A stretch of 63,650 nucleotides of DNA, the filler included, from Malassezia furfur (Eukaryota), in assembly GCA_052055015.1 (NCBI GenBank). It is 13 parts of 13 records of this genome, joined end to end, with 100 filler letters (N's around TTAATTAATTAA, not from the genome) between each part and the next. Parts side by side here need not be neighbours in the genome. Positions count along the whole stretch, not along the records: positions 1 to 4,877 come from JBQJIT010000643.1; positions 4,978 to 9,854 come from JBQJIT010000644.1; positions 9,955 to 14,825 come from JBQJIT010000645.1; 10 more parts are not named here. One strand, given 5' to 3'. Under the pieces are notes generated by a model. The model did not search any database, was not told the DNA's origin, and saw nothing but the letters and a program-made list of their open reading frames with translations. The position numbers and the translations under genes are program-made. The stretch's first letter is position 1; the number at the start of each line of letters is the position of its first letter. Positions 1 through 10,634 of the stretch are shown in pieces.

Positions 1-568
1 CGATCGATGCGTCGCCGTTCGCCTTGCGCCGCTTCTTCATGGCGCGCGACGCAGCACGCGTGGAGGCATTGCCGCCGCGCAGCTCTGCCATCGTCGCGCC
101 GCCCATCGCCTGCGCGGCATGCTTGTCGCCGACGTACGCGTTCGGCGCATTCGACGATGCCGCGTACTCGCTCGGGTTCCGCGCATAGCCAAGCATCTCA
201 AATGTTCGCTGCTGGTTGCGGAAGTCGAAGTCAGACATGGATGTCTCTTCGACCGTGCCTGAGAGCGTGTGGCGCACACGCGACAGCGTCTGCTGTTGTA
301 TGCCATCGCTCTGCACGAGCTGCGTCGCGTCGAGTGCACGCTCTTCGACGTTGGGCGCGACGCTCTGCACCACGACGGCCGTGGAAGAAGGCGGAGGCGG
401 CGCGCGCGTCTCCTGCCTGCGGAGCTGGAACGTGTCGTCTGGCGGCGGCGCATCACTGTCACTATCCGAGTCGTCGCTCTCCGCCGGCACGTCCTGCGCC
501 GGCGGTGGCGCGGCGACGCGCGGTGCCTCGTCCTCGCTGTCCGAACGGTACGCGCTCAGAGCGTCCAT
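1..568 (-). CDS. PRP17: Pre-mRNA splicing factor Prp17/CDC40, N-terminal part (runs off window start)
   Basis: Not in the ORF track; hand translation from ATG at 568 gives MDALSAYRSDSEDE...TLSGTVEETSMSDFDFRNQQRTFEMLGYARNPS...YVGD...KKRRKANGDASI, resembling the conserved CDC40 N-terminal block (LSG..E....DF.F..Q.RTF...GYA..PS). Confidence 0.8.
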   Translation of the reverse strand, partial: MDALSAYRSDSEDEAPRVAAPPPAQDVPAESDDSDSDSDAPPPDDTFQLRRQETRAPPPPSSTAVVVQSVAPNVEERALDATQLVQSDGIQQQTLSRVRHTLSGTVEETSMSDFDFRNQQRTFEMLGYARNPSEYAASSNAPNAYVGDKHAAQAMGGATMAELRGGNASTRAASRAMKKRRKANGDASI

Positions 569-581
569 CGTCGTGGATGGA

Positions 582-593
582 TGTCACGTGACA
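582..593. promoter_or_regulatory. Palindromic E-box TGTCACGTGACA in the 65-bp PRP17/RPE1 divergent promoter
   Basis: 12-bp perfect palindrome with a Cbf1/USF-type GTCACGTG core. Confidence 0.55.
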
Positions 594-633
594 CCCGCCC
601 CATCCGCCGGTGTCGGGGCCGCTTGGGCCCGCA

Positions 634-1543
634 ATGCCCTCGATCAAGATTGCGCCGAGTGTCCTGGCGTCCGATTTGGGCAACCTAAACGCAGAATGCA
701 AGCGAATGATGGAATGCGGGGCTGACTGGCTTCACATGGGTATGCAGCACGCGCTCACGCAGACATCATGGACGGCCACTTTGTCCCCAACATTGTGCTG
801 GGCGCTCCCGTGCTCAAGTCGGTCTACCAAAACGTGCCAGATATTTTCATGGACTGCCATATGATGGTTTCAGAGCCCGCAAAGTGGATCAAGGATATTG
901 CAGACGCAGGTGGCGCATCATACACGTTCCATCTCGAAGCGACAGGTGCGCCCCACTGACCACTTACCCAGACGACCCACTCGACGTCGTGCGGCAGATC
1001 AAGGCCGCCAACATGCGTGCTTCGGTCGCCATCAACCCGGGCACACCTGCGAGCGAGATCTCGGACGAGCTCGGGAAGGCCGTGGACATGATTCTCGTAA
1101 TGACTGTCTGGCCCGGCGCGGGCGGGCAAAAATTCATGAAGGAGTGCATGCCCAAGGTCGCCGAGCTCCGTGCGCGCTTCCCAGACCTGGACGTGGAGGT
1201 GGACGGCGGCGTGGGTCCCAAAACGATTGACCGCTGTGCGGACGCGGGTGCGAACGTGATTGTGGCTGGCACTGCCGTGTTCAACCACTCAGATCCCAAG
1301 GCCGTGATTGCCTTCCTGCGCAAGCAATGCGAGCGTGCGCAGGAGCGCATCCGCGAAGAGCGCGAGATGCTTGCGCGGGGCGAGTCGCTCAGCGACCTCG
1401 ACAAGAACAAGGGATACACCTCCGGTTCGGTCACGCCCTGGTCGCATCCGCGAGTATACATGCCTCGGCGCCGCAGCTCGGGCACAAAATCGCCCCCTAC
1501 TGGCAAGTTTGGCAGCAGCATCACCATGCAGCCCATCCATTAG
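634..1543 (+). CDS. RPE1: Ribulose-phosphate 3-epimerase
   Basis: KIAPSVLASD, WLHMDIMDGHFVPN, YTFHLEA, LVMTVWPGAGGQKF, VEVDGGV, GANVIVAGTAVF; introns 740-762 (23 nt) and 946-971 (26 nt) join three ORF-track pieces. Confidence 0.95.
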
Positions 1544-1614
1544 TCCCGTCCATAGGGATCTGTACGTAACACCAATGTGGAGGCCCAGGCGGGGCTGGTG
1601 CGTGGCAGCCCACC

Positions 1615-2838
1615 ATGTCGGAATACTTTGCTTATGCGGGGCTCCTGAGCACCGCATCAGCGTGTGTGTTTGTGGCGAGCTATGCTGCAATGCATACACC
1701 CATGAAGACACGCGAACTGCGCAAGGAGGCAGGCATCGACGTGAACCAGGACGAAGAAGAGGGCCAGTCCCAGAACCTCTCGTCGGAGAATGCGTACATC
1801 TTTCCGGTGATTGGCAGCGTCGCACTGCTCTCGCTGTACCTGGCATTCAAGTACTTTGACAAACAAGTCATTAACTTCCTTCTGAACTTTTACTTTGCTG
1901 TCGCCGGTGCGTTTGCGATCCCGGGCGTGGTCGAGCATCTGTCCAAAGTCGCGCGCGGCGGCACCGAAGCCTACCTTGAGCCGTTGACGATTCACTTGCA
2001 GCTGGTGCCGCGCTCCAAGCTTGTTCTGCGGCTCCGTCTGCCTTGCCCCTCGCGCTGGGCGCACGAGAGCTCGTCCAAAACGGCGGGGGCTGCACCGCCG
2101 ATCACCGACGTGCACAGCCTCCCGATCGCGTCGACGCACACACACACCGTGGACCTGCTGGGGTTCGTTGTGATGGGAGTGTACCTGTACACGCGGTCGT
2201 GGTGGGTAACGAACATTGTGGCAGTGAGCTTTGCGATCCAGAGCATCATGCTCATCACGCTCGACTCGTTCAAGACCGGGTTTATTTTGCTCGCAGGCCT
2301 CTTCTTCTACGACATCTTTTGGGTGTTTGGGAGCGCGCGCCTCGTCAAGTCGGGCCCCTCGGTGATGGTGAGCGTGGCGACCAACTTTGATGGGCCGATC
2401 AAGATTTTGTGCCCCAAGAATCTGGTCCAAATCGCCACGGCCTGGTCACAGTCCAAGACCGTGCCCAAGCTCGCGTTTGCCCTGCTCGGCCTGGGCGACA
2501 TTGTGATCCCCGGCGTGTTTGTGGCGCTAGCACTTCGCTTTGACCAGCTGCATGCGTCAACCAAGCAGCCGGGTTTGCACTTTACGCGCTTCTTCCGCGA
2601 CTTCCCCAAACCCTACTTTACGGCGTGCCTGGCGGCGTACGTGGGCGGCCTGGTGACAACCATGGTCGTGATGCATGTGTTTGGTGCGGCCCAGCCGGCC
2701 TTGCTCTATCTTTCGCCTGCATGCTCGCTATCGGTGGTGGCTGTTGCGCTCCAGCGCGGCGAACTGCCCGAGCTCTGGCGCTGGGAAGACCGTTCCATTG
2801 AGCCCTCGCCGGTGGAGGAGAAATCGAAGGATGCGTGA
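1615..2838 (+). CDS. Signal peptide peptidase (GxGD intramembrane aspartyl protease, A22B)
   Basis: YDIFWVFG, LGLGDIVIPG and QPALLYL motifs; multiple hydrophobic segments. Confidence 0.93.
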   Translation: MSEYFAYAGLLSTASACVFVASYAAMHTPMKTRELRKEAGIDVNQDEEEGQSQNLSSENAYIFPVIGSVALLSLYLAFKYFDKQVINFLLNFYFAVAGAFAIPGVVEHLSKVARGGTEAYLEPLTIHLQLVPRSKLVLRLRLPCPSRWAHESSSKTAGAAPPITDVHSLPIASTHTHTVDLLGFVVMGVYLYTRSWWVTNIVAVSFAIQSIMLITLDSFKTGFILLAGLFFYDIFWVFGSARLVKSGPSVMVSVATNFDGPIKILCPKNLVQIATAWSQSKTVPKLAFALLGLGDIVIPGVFVALALRFDQLHASTKQPGLHFTRFFRDFPKPYFTACLAAYVGGLVTTMVVMHVFGAAQPALLYLSPACSLSVVAVALQRGELPELWRWEDRSIEPSPVEEKSKDA

Positions 2839-2880
2839 AATATATAGCCTCCACACGTGCGAAATTTTCGTGCATCCAGC

Positions 2881-4877
2881 ATGGCGTGGCGTGGACGACC
2901 TGCCAAGGCACGGTCTACAACGCGCCTTCCGGCGGCACTGCGTGATGAACTGGGTCTTGATGCGAACGGAATCCCTAGCACGAATGAGCCCCGTGCAAAG
3001 CGCCCGCGGCTGAATGCAGCTGCATCGCGCAAGGAGCAACGGAAGCAGCAGCGGCATGCGAAGCGTGGGCCGACGCCCAAGCGACCCTGGCATACGCACG
3101 AACAAGGCGCACCGGGGGTACAGAAGGAGCCAAAGGAAACACAAGCACCCACGCGGGGGCGCCCTGCGGCACAAGAGTCGCCGCGCGCACGTCCGTCCGC
3201 ACCGGCCAAGCAGGCCACTGCCCCGCGCAACCCTACGACGTCCAAGACCGCGCCGTCTTCGGACCAGGATACCACGCGCACCATCATGGACCCAATTACG
3301 GGTACCACCCGTGTGGTGCGCAGCCGCTCGTCTGGTGCCGGCCCGACCAAGCTCGAGCGGCTCATGGCCAAGTCGGGGCTGCCCGCCGAGGCCCCAGAGC
3401 GCCCGTCTGCGCCGCGGCCCAATCGGCCACTGAGCGCGGCCGAGCAGGACGAAGAAGACGAGATCCGGTGGCTCGAATACCAACTGTATGGTAAAAAGCG
3501 CGCAAATGTGCAAGAAGGCGACGACGTGGATGGTACGTGCGAAGACACTTACGCAGAATTGCTCGATGACTTGGACCGCCTGCACGCTACGTTGGGCGAG
3601 CCGGGCAGTGAGGAAGGCGAAGAAGAGGAAGAGGAAGAAGACGACGCAGAAAATGCGTCGGATGCAGAGGGGTCTATGAGCGATGATGCGTTTGGTGCAG
3701 ACCTTGATGAGCTCGATGCGATGGTGGACCCGGGTGTGTCCGATGAGGTGGACGAGGAGAGCGAGGAGGAAGAGGATGAGGAGGAAGAGAGTGACGAGGA
3801 GGAAGAGGGTGACGAGGAAGAAGAGGAAGAAGCGTCTGACGACGAGGCAAGCGAGGAAGAGGTCGATGCCGACAAGCAGTCCACCGAGGTCGAGGCCGGG
3901 CAACCTGCCGGGCCGTCGTCGGCCGCGCCGACCAAGTATGTCCCACCCGCGATGCGTGCGGCGGCCAAGGACCGTGACGAGGCACATGCGTTGCAGCAAC
4001 AGAAACTGCGTCGGCACGTGAATGGTCTGCTGAACCGTCTGGGCGAGGGCAACGTCGACACCATCCTGGGTGAGCTGGAGTCGCTGTACCGCACGTATGC
4101 ACGTGGCGACGTTACGTCGATGCTCACGCAACTCGTCCTGGATACCATTGCGGCGCGCACGCAGCTGAGCGAGACGATTGTGGTGACGTATGCGGTGTTG
4201 CTCAGCGCGATGCACCGTGTCGTCGGTGTGGAGTTTGGTGCGTTCTTTGTGCAGACGTGCATGTCGCGCCTGCTCGCCGTGTACACGACGTACCTGTCGC
4301 GCGCCGATGCGAGCGACGAGGAACAGAGCGCGTGGAGTCGCGAGTGTGTGAACCTGGTGCTGCTGCTGTGCCACCTGTTCAACCACAAGCTGCTGTCTGC
4401 GGGCCTGGTGTACGACTTGGTGCGCCTGTTCCTCGGGTGCGACTTCGTCGAGATGGTGCCTGCGACGCACGGCGGCAAGCGCATCACGGAGCTCGACATT
4501 GAGCTGGTGCTGCGCATTGTGCAGAGCAGCGGTGCGCAGCTGCGCCGCGACGACGCCGCGTCGCTCAAGACGATCGCCGAGCTGATCAAGCAGCGTCTGG
4601 ACGAGGCACACGGCGCGTCGGACATCGTGGCGGACTCGAGCCGCGCGCGCTTCATGCTCGAGACACTGCAGGACCCGCGGCAGCACAAAAAGGCCGCGGG
4701 CACCGCCGGCAGCGACACCGCACAGCGGCTCGGCAAGTACCTCTCGACGCTCGAGCGGCGGCGCACACTGCGCACGCACACAGCGCTGCACGTCGGCCTG
4801 CGCGATCTGCAGGACGCCGAGACCAAGGGCCGGTGGTGGCTCGTGGGCGCGGCGTGGGCCGGCCACGGCGCGGACGA
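2881..4877 (+). CDS. SGD1: Nucleolar MIF4G-domain protein Sgd1/NOM1, 3' truncated at spacer
   Basis: Basic N-terminus, acidic tract, KYVPPAMR, GLLNRLGEGN, SGAQLRRDD, KGRWWLVGAAW; probable in-frame intron 3533-3556 (24 nt). Confidence 0.9.
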
Positions 4878-4977
4878 NNNNNNNNNNNNNNNNNNNNNNN
4901 NNNNNNNNNNNNNNNNNNNNNTTAATTAATTAANNNNNNNNNNNNNNNNNNNNNNNNNNNNNNNNNNNNNNNNNNNN
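4878..4977. other. Artificial contig spacer
   Basis: N44-TTAATTAATTAA-N44 (stops in all six frames), identical at 12 sites. Confidence 0.99.
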
Positions 4978-5168
4978 CCGGGCGCCGCATAGGGGCGCTC
5001 CGTGCGGGGCTCGCCGCGCTTCGTGAGGCCGCGGAGAAGCTGCATGCGCGCGGCGACGGCGGAGCAGAACAGGCCGGCGGGCGCTTCGCGTGCGGCGGCG
5101 GGCGTGCGGTGGAATTCGGCCGAGGAAAAAAGTGTGGGGCTACGCGGGGGGGCCGGACCCAGGGCTAC

Positions 5169-7407
5169 CTACGCATCCACGCAATAGCGCGCGTTCAGCG
5201 CCGCGACCTCGCGGCACAACCAGCTCCACGTGACGCTGCGTTCGCCGGCGTGGGCGTACGCGGCGTAGGGCAGGCCGTACGCGCCGCGCCCGGCGCCCAG
5301 CACGATGGGGCGGCTCGGCGTGCGGTGTATTGGCCGTGGGGCGGCGGCCGAGCGAGGCGGCGATGCGCGTCTCCCACGCGCGCAGCTCCCAGAAAAAGAG
5401 GAGGTGCGGCTGGATGAGCACGTTGAGTCGCCGGCTGCGCACGAGCAGGTACGCATCGATGAGTGTGATGTCGAGGTGCGCCATCGCGTACGCAATGACC
5501 ACCGTCGACGAGCGGCTGACGCCCACGCGGCAGTGCACCAGCACGCGGCCGCCGCTCACGCGCGCGCGCTCGACGAACTCGACGGCGTCGCACAGCGCGG
5601 CGCGCAGCGAGTCGGTGCCGTCGTCCGCGACGTTGGTCACGTTGTGCACCTCGATCTGCCCCGCGCGCCGCGCGGCGGCGAGCGAGTGGGGGTCGTCGTC
5701 GTCCTCGTCGGCGACGCACTCGCCGACGCTCACGACGTGCGTGATGCCGATCGCGCGCAGAAGGCGTGCATTGCGCGCGTGGCCCAGGTTGCCGAGGTAC
5801 AGGAACGGCAGGATGCGCGAGGGCAGACTGCCGTCAAAGTGCGCGTCGTCGAGCCAGTCGTCGTGCGTCGGTGCGGGCGCGCCGTGGACGCGCGCCTCGA
5901 CGGCGCGCAGCAGCTCGAGGTCCTTGCCGAACACGAAAAAGGGGCGCTCGGCGCGCAGCTGCAGCTGCAGGTAGGCCTGCACGAGGCGCAATCCCTGTGC
6001 GTGCATCAGGTAGGCGAGTGCAAACACGGACGACTCGGTGTATCCGTCCGCGCAGTGTATCAGCGCGCGGCGCGCGGTGCGGGGGTATCGGCAGTGCGCG
6101 GGCGAGACGTGCGCCTCGAGCCACGCGCACAGCGTGAGGATGTCGCGCGCCGCGCCGTCGGTCTCGTGGGGGTGCTGCCAGGACAGCGCGCCGGTGGGGC
6201 ACTCGAGGTGCGCCGTCGGGACCTGCACGCGGCGCCCGAGCGCCACGTCGCGGTCGAACGCGGCAAAGCTCTCGGCCGCAGAGCGCAGGAACGTCGTGGT
6301 GGGCGGGTCGTTCCCCTCGAACGCGTCGAGGCCGATGGAGAAGGTCGGCGCCCCCGTGTACGGCGCGTCCTGCGCCAGCGCAATGTTGGGCCGGAAGTCG
6401 CGCGAGGGGCCCAGGTATACGTTGGTATCGATGCGCGAGACGGACGCCATGCGGTACATCTCGTCCTGCTCGCGCTGCAAAAAGTCGAGCGCGTTCCGCG
6501 GCCGGCCCTGCGCGTCGACGGCCACCAGCTCGGGACAGGCGCGCTCGAGCGCGTCAAACGGCTCGGTGATCACAAACACGTTGTAGCGCAGGCCGCCGAG
6601 GCGCTCGACAAGGCGCTCGTGCCAGTACTGCTGCTGCGCGTACCGGAACGCCAGCGCGACGCTGCGCGCCGCATCCGTCAGACCCGCGGGGCTGTACACC
6701 ACGACGTCCGACACCATCGTGTAGTTGATGCTCTGCGCCTGGAAGTTGCGGGTGCTCACGCGCCGCGCCGCGCGCTGGTGCCGGAAGCGCGCGTCGTGCG
6801 CATCCACGGGGCCGCGCGCAGGGACGTAGCGCAGCGTCTCCTCGGGCGCCTGCGACGCGAGCAGCAGCGCCCGCTGCGCGGGCGGCGCCAGTGGCGGCTC
6901 CTCGTCGTTTTGTGCAGGGAGCTGCTTCGCACACGCCTCGAGCTCGTCGCCGACACGCACCACCGTCAGCCCACGGTAGGCCGGCGCCGGCACCACGCCC
7001 GACGCACTAAAGAAGCGCGTCTGGGCCGTGGGGCCGTGGTGCCCGCAGTATAGGTAGGGGAACACGACTTCGTGCGGCACATCGAGCGTGGTGTAGTCCG
7101 TGTACATCGCCGCAAATTGCGCCGCGCTCACACCACGCACGGGCGGCGCACTCGCGAGCCGCACCGGCACCGAGTCGGTGCTCAGGTCGCTCGTGTCGAT
7201 GGGGGGGTATACGTCGAGGTTGGCGTGGCGCAGGCCCCACGCGGCCGTGTCGCTGGGCGCGCCGGGCACCGAGGCACCGCACGGCAGCCCACGGGCGCCC
7301 ACGGGCGGCACCGAGGGCCGCGCCGCGTCGGGCACGGTGCGGGACGCACCGCTTGGCACGCGCCGCTCGCCCCGCACCTTGTGGGCGTCGGTCGCGAGCG
7401 GCGGCAT
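5169..7407 (-). CDS. PPS1: Pps1-like tandem dual-specificity protein phosphatase (apparent +1 frameshift near 3' end)
   Basis: Degenerate first motif IHCADGYTES and catalytic VHCRVGVSRS; GSLPSRILPFLYLGNL; family-like tail WSWLCREVAALNARY lies in another frame ending at 5169. Confidence 0.85.
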
Positions 7408-7582
7408 CGGAATGCCGGTCGCGGTCCTGACAGTAGGCAGGGATAAGACGTCCCAGTCCGCGCTTGGTGCGCTGTTTTAAACAAAACGCAGCGCCGCTGG
7501 GCTGGGCGCCCAGCAGCGCGGATCGCCCGCCAGGTCCCGCAACGCCACCAAATCTCACGCAGTAGGGTCTGCACCGTGACAA

Positions 7583-7596
7583 TTATGACGTCATAA
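7583..7596. promoter_or_regulatory. CRE-type palindrome TTATGACGTCATAA in the PPS1/MRPL9 divergent promoter
   Basis: 14-bp perfect palindrome with the ATF/CREB core TGACGTCA. Confidence 0.5.
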
Positions 7597-7715
7597 GCCA
7601 ACGCTGCGCGCAGCGTGGAGGGCGACTGGTTGCGCCGCACGCGGTGGAGCAGGAGTGACGTCGCTCGGCGCCGGGTCACGTGCAACGGTCGTTCTTCGCG
7701 CCTTCTGCGACCGTC

Positions 7716-8678
7716 ATGCTCGGCCTCGAGGTGTTGTGCCGTGCACGGCCCTGGCACGCAGCGCAGGCCGCCTGGCCTGCGCGCCTCTTGTCCACCTCCG
7801 CACGGCTCCTGGAGAAGGAGGCTGCGCCGTCGTGGACGCCGCTCTCGCGCCGTGTCGGCCTCATCACACGCAAAATGGGCATGACCACCCTCTTTACGCC
7901 CGACGGGAAAAAGGTGCCGGCCACCGTCCTGTACGTCGACAGCAACCAGATTTCGATGCACGTCGGCACCGAAAAGCAGGAGAATGGCGAGGACGCGCCA
8001 TACACCGCGCTCCAGGTCGCAGCCGTCCGCGCCCGCAACCAGACGAACCCGCGCCGCGGCCACCTGCGCAACGCGGGCATCGACGAGCCCAAGCGCGTCC
8101 TGCGCGAGTTCCGCGTGACGCCCGACGCCGTCGTGCCGCTCGGCACGCAGCTGTCCGCCGCGCACTTTGTGCCGGGGCAGGACGTCGACGTGCGTGCCAT
8201 CACGCGCGGCAAGGGGTTCCAGGGCGTCATGAAGCGCCACAACTTCAAGGGCGGCAACGCGTCGCACGGTGCCTCGCTCGCGCACCGCACGCCCGGCTCC
8301 ATCGGCCAGAACCAGGACCCGGGGCGCGTGTTCCCGGGAAAAAAGATGCCGGGGCGCATGGGTGGTACGGCGCACCGCACCGTCCAGAACGCGCGCGTGC
8401 TCCGGATTGACGTGAAGAACGACCTGATCTTTGTCAAGGGCATGGTGCCGGGTCCCGAGGGCGGCGTCGTCTATGTACAGGACGCGCTCAAGAACCTGGT
8501 CAAGAGCGCCTACTTTACGTTCCGCAAGGGCAAGACGTCCACGGGCGAGCTGATCGATCCGGCGCGGGGCGTGCAGCAGTACCTCTCGAACGGCGTGCAG
8601 AACCTGCCGTTCCCAGCGGGCACCAAGGAGCTCGCCCAGACGCTGCCGGATGTCATCGAGGTCGGCCCCAGTGCATAG
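7716..8678 (+). CDS. MRPL9: Mitochondrial ribosomal protein uL3m
   Basis: RVGLITRKMGMT, GQDVDVRAITRGKGFQGVMKRHNF, HRTPGSIGQNQDPGRVFPGKKMPGRMG; Arg/Ala-rich presequence. Confidence 0.95.
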   Translation: MLGLEVLCRARPWHAAQAAWPARLLSTSARLLEKEAAPSWTPLSRRVGLITRKMGMTTLFTPDGKKVPATVLYVDSNQISMHVGTEKQENGEDAPYTALQVAAVRARNQTNPRRGHLRNAGIDEPKRVLREFRVTPDAVVPLGTQLSAAHFVPGQDVDVRAITRGKGFQGVMKRHNFKGGNASHGASLAHRTPGSIGQNQDPGRVFPGKKMPGRMGGTAHRTVQNARVLRIDVKNDLIFVKGMVPGPEGGVVYVQDALKNLVKSAYFTFRKGKTSTGELIDPARGVQQYLSNGVQNLPFPAGTKELAQTLPDVIEVGPSA

Positions 8679-9048
8679 CGCTCGTAGTCGCGACGCCGCG
8701 ACCGGATTTCAGTGCACGTGGATGACGTCAGGGACCGCCATGGACCCTGGCTGAGTCAGCCATTCAATCTTATCGACGATGACGTACCTGCAGGGCAGAT
8801 AAGATTCAGGGTCTGCTGACGACGTCAGACCGCCTTGAAACCCTATCGGATAAAGAAACAGGGTTGCGCAGAAAAGTTTAATGCATGCATGCAACCTCTA
8901 TCACGTGCGGTTGCATACGGCCTGGATTCGGCCGTGCAGGGCAGCGCGCGGTATGACGTCGCGTCGAGCGTCCGGGGGCGGCCGAGCGCGCTGCTTGGCG
9001 CACGCGCCGTGCGGTGGGCGTGGCGAGGGGGGCATGGGTTCTAGGTCG

Positions 9049-9854
9049 CTACTGATGGACCTGTGCATACAGATCGTAGACCGATTCGCGGATGCGGCGG
9101 AGACCGGCAGACAAGTTGCCCTCGATCACGATCCGCCCCGAGCTCTCTTTTTGCACAGTGACGCTGCGCATCGCGTCCGAGGCCTTGCGCCCTGCGCTTG
9201 GCGCGCCGTCGCACACGAGCACGCCCTCGCCCGCAAAGTCGGCGCGGATGCGGTGCTGGCGCGCGAGCTGCGTCTTGAGCGCGGAGAGTTTGAGGTCGCC
9301 AATGTACAGGGTCGTCGGCGCGGTGCGCTCCACGTCGTGCGCCGCGTGCTCGTCGCGCACGAGCACCGGCACGTCGTCCGTAGTAAAGTCGGGCAGCGCG
9401 CGAATCGGCATCACGTTGTAGTCCTCGATCATGCTCCAGTGCGCGGGCCCCAGCAGGGTGTCGGCGAGCTTGACGCTGTACGAGTGCGTCTGCTCGCCGA
9501 TGCGCACCGTCGCGCCCGGCGCGGGGAGGAACAGCTCGCTGTGGAAGCCGCGCAGAGCGCTGAGCATCGCGTACAGGTCCGCGTTCGTCGGCGCATCGCC
9601 GTTGACGAGGATCAGGCGGCGCGGCTGGAGCTGCGGGAGGAGCATCTTGAGCGCGCGGCCGTCGTTGAGGCCCTGCATGTCGACAAACATCACATGGCAG
9701 CGCACCGCGACGCGCATCGGCTCCACGACAAACTTGGACGGCGGCTCGGGCTGCGCGACGCGGAGGTGCTCGTCGGCCGGCGCATGGCGCGTCGGGTCCA
9801 GCTGGTCCTCCTGCTCGGTCTCGAGGCGGCGGCGGCGGCTGAGCCACTTGCCCG
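9049..9854 (-). CDS. CFT2: CPSF100/Cft2 cleavage and polyadenylation factor, C-terminal part
   Basis: FVDMQGLNDGRALK, LQPRRLILVNG, LYIGDLKLSALK, ADFAGEGVLVC, IVIEG. Confidence 0.9.
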
Positions 9855-9954
9855 NNNNNNNNNNNNNNNNNNNNNNNNNNNNNNNNNNNNNNNNNNNNTT
9901 AATTAATTAANNNNNNNNNNNNNNNNNNNNNNNNNNNNNNNNNNNNNNNNNNNN
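9855..9954. other. Artificial contig spacer
   Basis: N44-TTAATTAATTAA-N44. Confidence 0.99.
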
Positions 9955-10435
9955 CGCGCCGCCGGCGCCGGCGCACCGCGACACGGCTGCGGTGCTCAAG
10001 AGCACGGCGCAGGCGGCGACGCAGGTGCTGTACGATATCGGTGTGCTCCTTGGGCTCACCGGCACACGCAATGCGCAGGTGCCGAGCTACGAGGCGTGGC
10101 GCAGCGGCGCAGCGCCCGGCGGGCCCGCCCGCCCGTCGCTGCTGCAGGCGCTGCTGCGTGCGCCGTTCAAGTTTGTGGCCCAGGTCGTGAGTGTGCTCGG
10201 GCGCCTGCTCCTCGACGCGACGAGTGTCGTGCTGCTGCTCAGCGTGCTCACGGCGGCGCTCCGGCGGCTGTCGGGGCGCGGCGACCCGTGGGTGGTGCTG
10301 CGGCTGCTGTCCCAGGCCAGCGCGCGGCTGCGCTTCTTCCAGGTGGCCGCGAATCGCCGCGCGGCGTTCCGTGCGCTGCTGACGAGCGCGCTGGTCGGCG
10401 GTGTGGTGATGGAGTCGCGGAACCATGTCTCTTAG
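9955..10435 (+). CDS. C-terminal fragment of an unidentified protein with a hydrophobic, probably membrane-anchoring segment
   Basis: Open from contig edge, GC3-rich codons, VLGRLLLDATSVVLLLSVLTAAL; no family recognised. Confidence 0.55.
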
Positions 10436-10634
10436 ACGGACAGATACCTAGTGTGTGTGGGGAAAAAAGGAGCGACGCGGCGCCGTCTACGGTGTGGGCG
10501 GCGCCGGCGAAGGCTCCGGCGCTTCGCACGAGGCGGTCCGTGCGCGGTCCTAGGCTGGGGTCCACGGCAGCGGCGCGCATGCGCGGCACGGCCTACGGCG
10601 CCTGTCCTACATTCTCTTCGGCGTTCTGCGCCTC

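Noticed and set aside
3615..3870. GAG/GAA/GAC repeats in SGD1 (also NOP12 at about 31430-31560 and NOC2)
   Set aside because: Ordinary acidic tracts of nucleolar proteins
4922..4933. TTAATTAATTAA recurring every ~4.9 kb as a biological repeat
   Set aside because: Always embedded in N44 padding; it is a six-frame stop linker
7931..7949. 19-nt GTACGT..CAG candidate intron in MRPL9
   Set aside because: No branch motif, and removal would frameshift a continuous conserved uL3 frame
8782..8790. ACGTACCTG as the 5' end of a variant U1 snRNA matching GTACGT donors
   Set aside because: No U1 stem-loop I/II loop motifs or Sm site follow; better read as a minus-strand donor
8816..8841. Hammerhead-like CTGACGA...GAAA core
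   Set aside because: The intervening bases cannot form stem II
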